The position numbers and the translations under genes are program-made. 64,000 nucleotides of DNA from Nitrospirales bacterium (GTDB lineage: Bacteria > Nitrospirota > Nitrospiria > Nitrospirales > UBA8639): assembly GCA_963555755.3 (NCBI GenBank), contig OY820905.2, positions 1,856,001 to 1,920,000 on the forward strand, read 5' to 3'. Below the pieces are notes generated by a model. The model searched no databases, was not told the origin of the DNA, and was given only the letters and a program-made list of their open reading frames with translations. Each line of letters starts with the position of its first letter. Within the stretch, counting starts at the first letter, position 1. Shown here in pieces: positions 63,142 to 64,000 of the stretch.

Positions 63142-64000
63142 TTATTTAAACGAGATTGGTCGAACGCTACCTTCCGAAGACTGGGGCACCTGTGCTTCTT
63201 TCACTCCAGGAGCAGCCCCACTAAGCGGAAGAATTCTCTGATCGTTCTTTGAAAGAACCCGGAAATATCCCCATTGCCCAGATTGAGAATATGGCAAGCG
63301 AGCGTTGCTATACACATAATCCGCTACCATGGAATACGGACCACCGGCTGAGGGAATGAACACATCGATACCTTCTGAACCAGCAAATTCGACAACGCTA
63401 ATATGATCGGCTCCTCCCATGAACGGCTCAATCGGCCATTCATGTTTTTCTAGAGTAAACATACCATTCTGTTCATTGCTGGCACCAAACACATGGATCC
63501 GAACTGGATCACCGGCATGGGCCTCAATGAGTGGAGTCGCTGGGTCAGTCGGTTCGTCAACATTACACGGTTGGAACATCCGACCCAACGTACACCCTAA
63601 TTGTTCTTCACGATACAAGTAGGGTTCATTTCGATAATTCACCCCAATAAGACCGGCCACGTTTTGGACGTAAGGCATAAAGCTGGTCCCGATAATATTG
63701 TCCTCATCTTGGAAGAACAGCGCCACATCACGATAGTTGGCCCGATTCTCTTGGCCTGGGATCGTGCGATCAACAATGACATCGGCTATCCAGCTATTCT
63801 TCAAAGAAATATCAGCCCCAGTCTTGGGATCACGATATTGCGATCCCTTGGGACCAATGATAATACCACCAAATAACCCATTCCGCGGATTCATGGCGAC
63901 ATTCCCCCAATCCCACACCAGGGATTGAGTTTCCCCAGTATATGGATCCGCATAATAGGTATAAGTTCGGCTTTCCCCAGGCGCCACGGTTTGATCACCA
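63142..64000 (-). CDS. C-terminal part of a large multicopper-oxidase-like protein (5' end outside the window)
   Basis: VAPGESRTYTYYA...GLFGGIII...TPLIEAHAGDPVRIHV...GQWGYFRV cupredoxin-repeat pattern. Confidence 0.7.
   Translation of the reverse strand, partial: GDQTVAPGESRTYTYYADPYTGETQSLVWDWGNVAMNPRNGLFGGIIIGPKGSQYRDPKTGADISLKNSWIADVIVDRTIPGQENRANYRDVALFFQDEDNIIGTSFMPYVQNVAGLIGVNYRNEPYLYREEQLGCTLGRMFQPCNVDEPTDPATPLIEAHAGDPVRIHVFGASNEQNGMFTLEKHEWPIEPFMGGADHISVVEFAGSEGIDVFIPSAGGPYSMVADYVYSNARLPYSQSGQWGYFRVLSKNDQRILPLSGAAPGVKEAQVPQSSEGSVRPISFK

Overview
This 64-kb bacterial window looks like a nitrite-oxidising Nitrospirales-type genome; that is inferred from gene content and order, not from a database search. 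Most genes are on the minus strand. (1) 1-14.5 kb: a cluster resembling nitrite-oxidoreductase (NXR) accessory genes, with two multiheme c cytochromes, two EBDH-gamma/NxrC-like heme-b proteins, a TorD-like chaperone, a NapG-like ferredoxin, TatA, TPR, NHL and PDZ proteins, and a B12-binding radical SAM enzyme. (2) 15-21 kb: a WD40 protein and a sigma54 two-component pair. (3) 20.9-30.8 kb: an accessory island with two IS91/ISCR-like remnants, an IS4, tandem IS1595 copies, a group II intron remnant, an AAA-ATPase/DUF4276 pair and a truncated RAYT. (4) 30.8-37.1 kb: argS-tgt-yajC-secD-secF. (5) 37.1-38.4 kb: an intact IS110 element. (6) 38.5-64 kb: a respiratory cluster with two CydA-like oxidase subunits, c cytochromes, tiny membrane ORFs, FGE-sulfatase-domain proteins, cupredoxin-like proteins and the 3' end of a large multicopper oxidase. 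Several MITE families are scattered throughout. The standout is the IS110 element, whose bridge-RNA logic can be read from the sequence. It has a CT core at both junctions and forms a TTGACT-17-TATAAT promoter only on circularisation. Its left non-coding end holds guide segments matching both its own circle junction and a ~24-bp hairpin repeat. It sits in one copy of that hairpin (inside a MITE), and two empty copies of the target lie elsewhere in the window.
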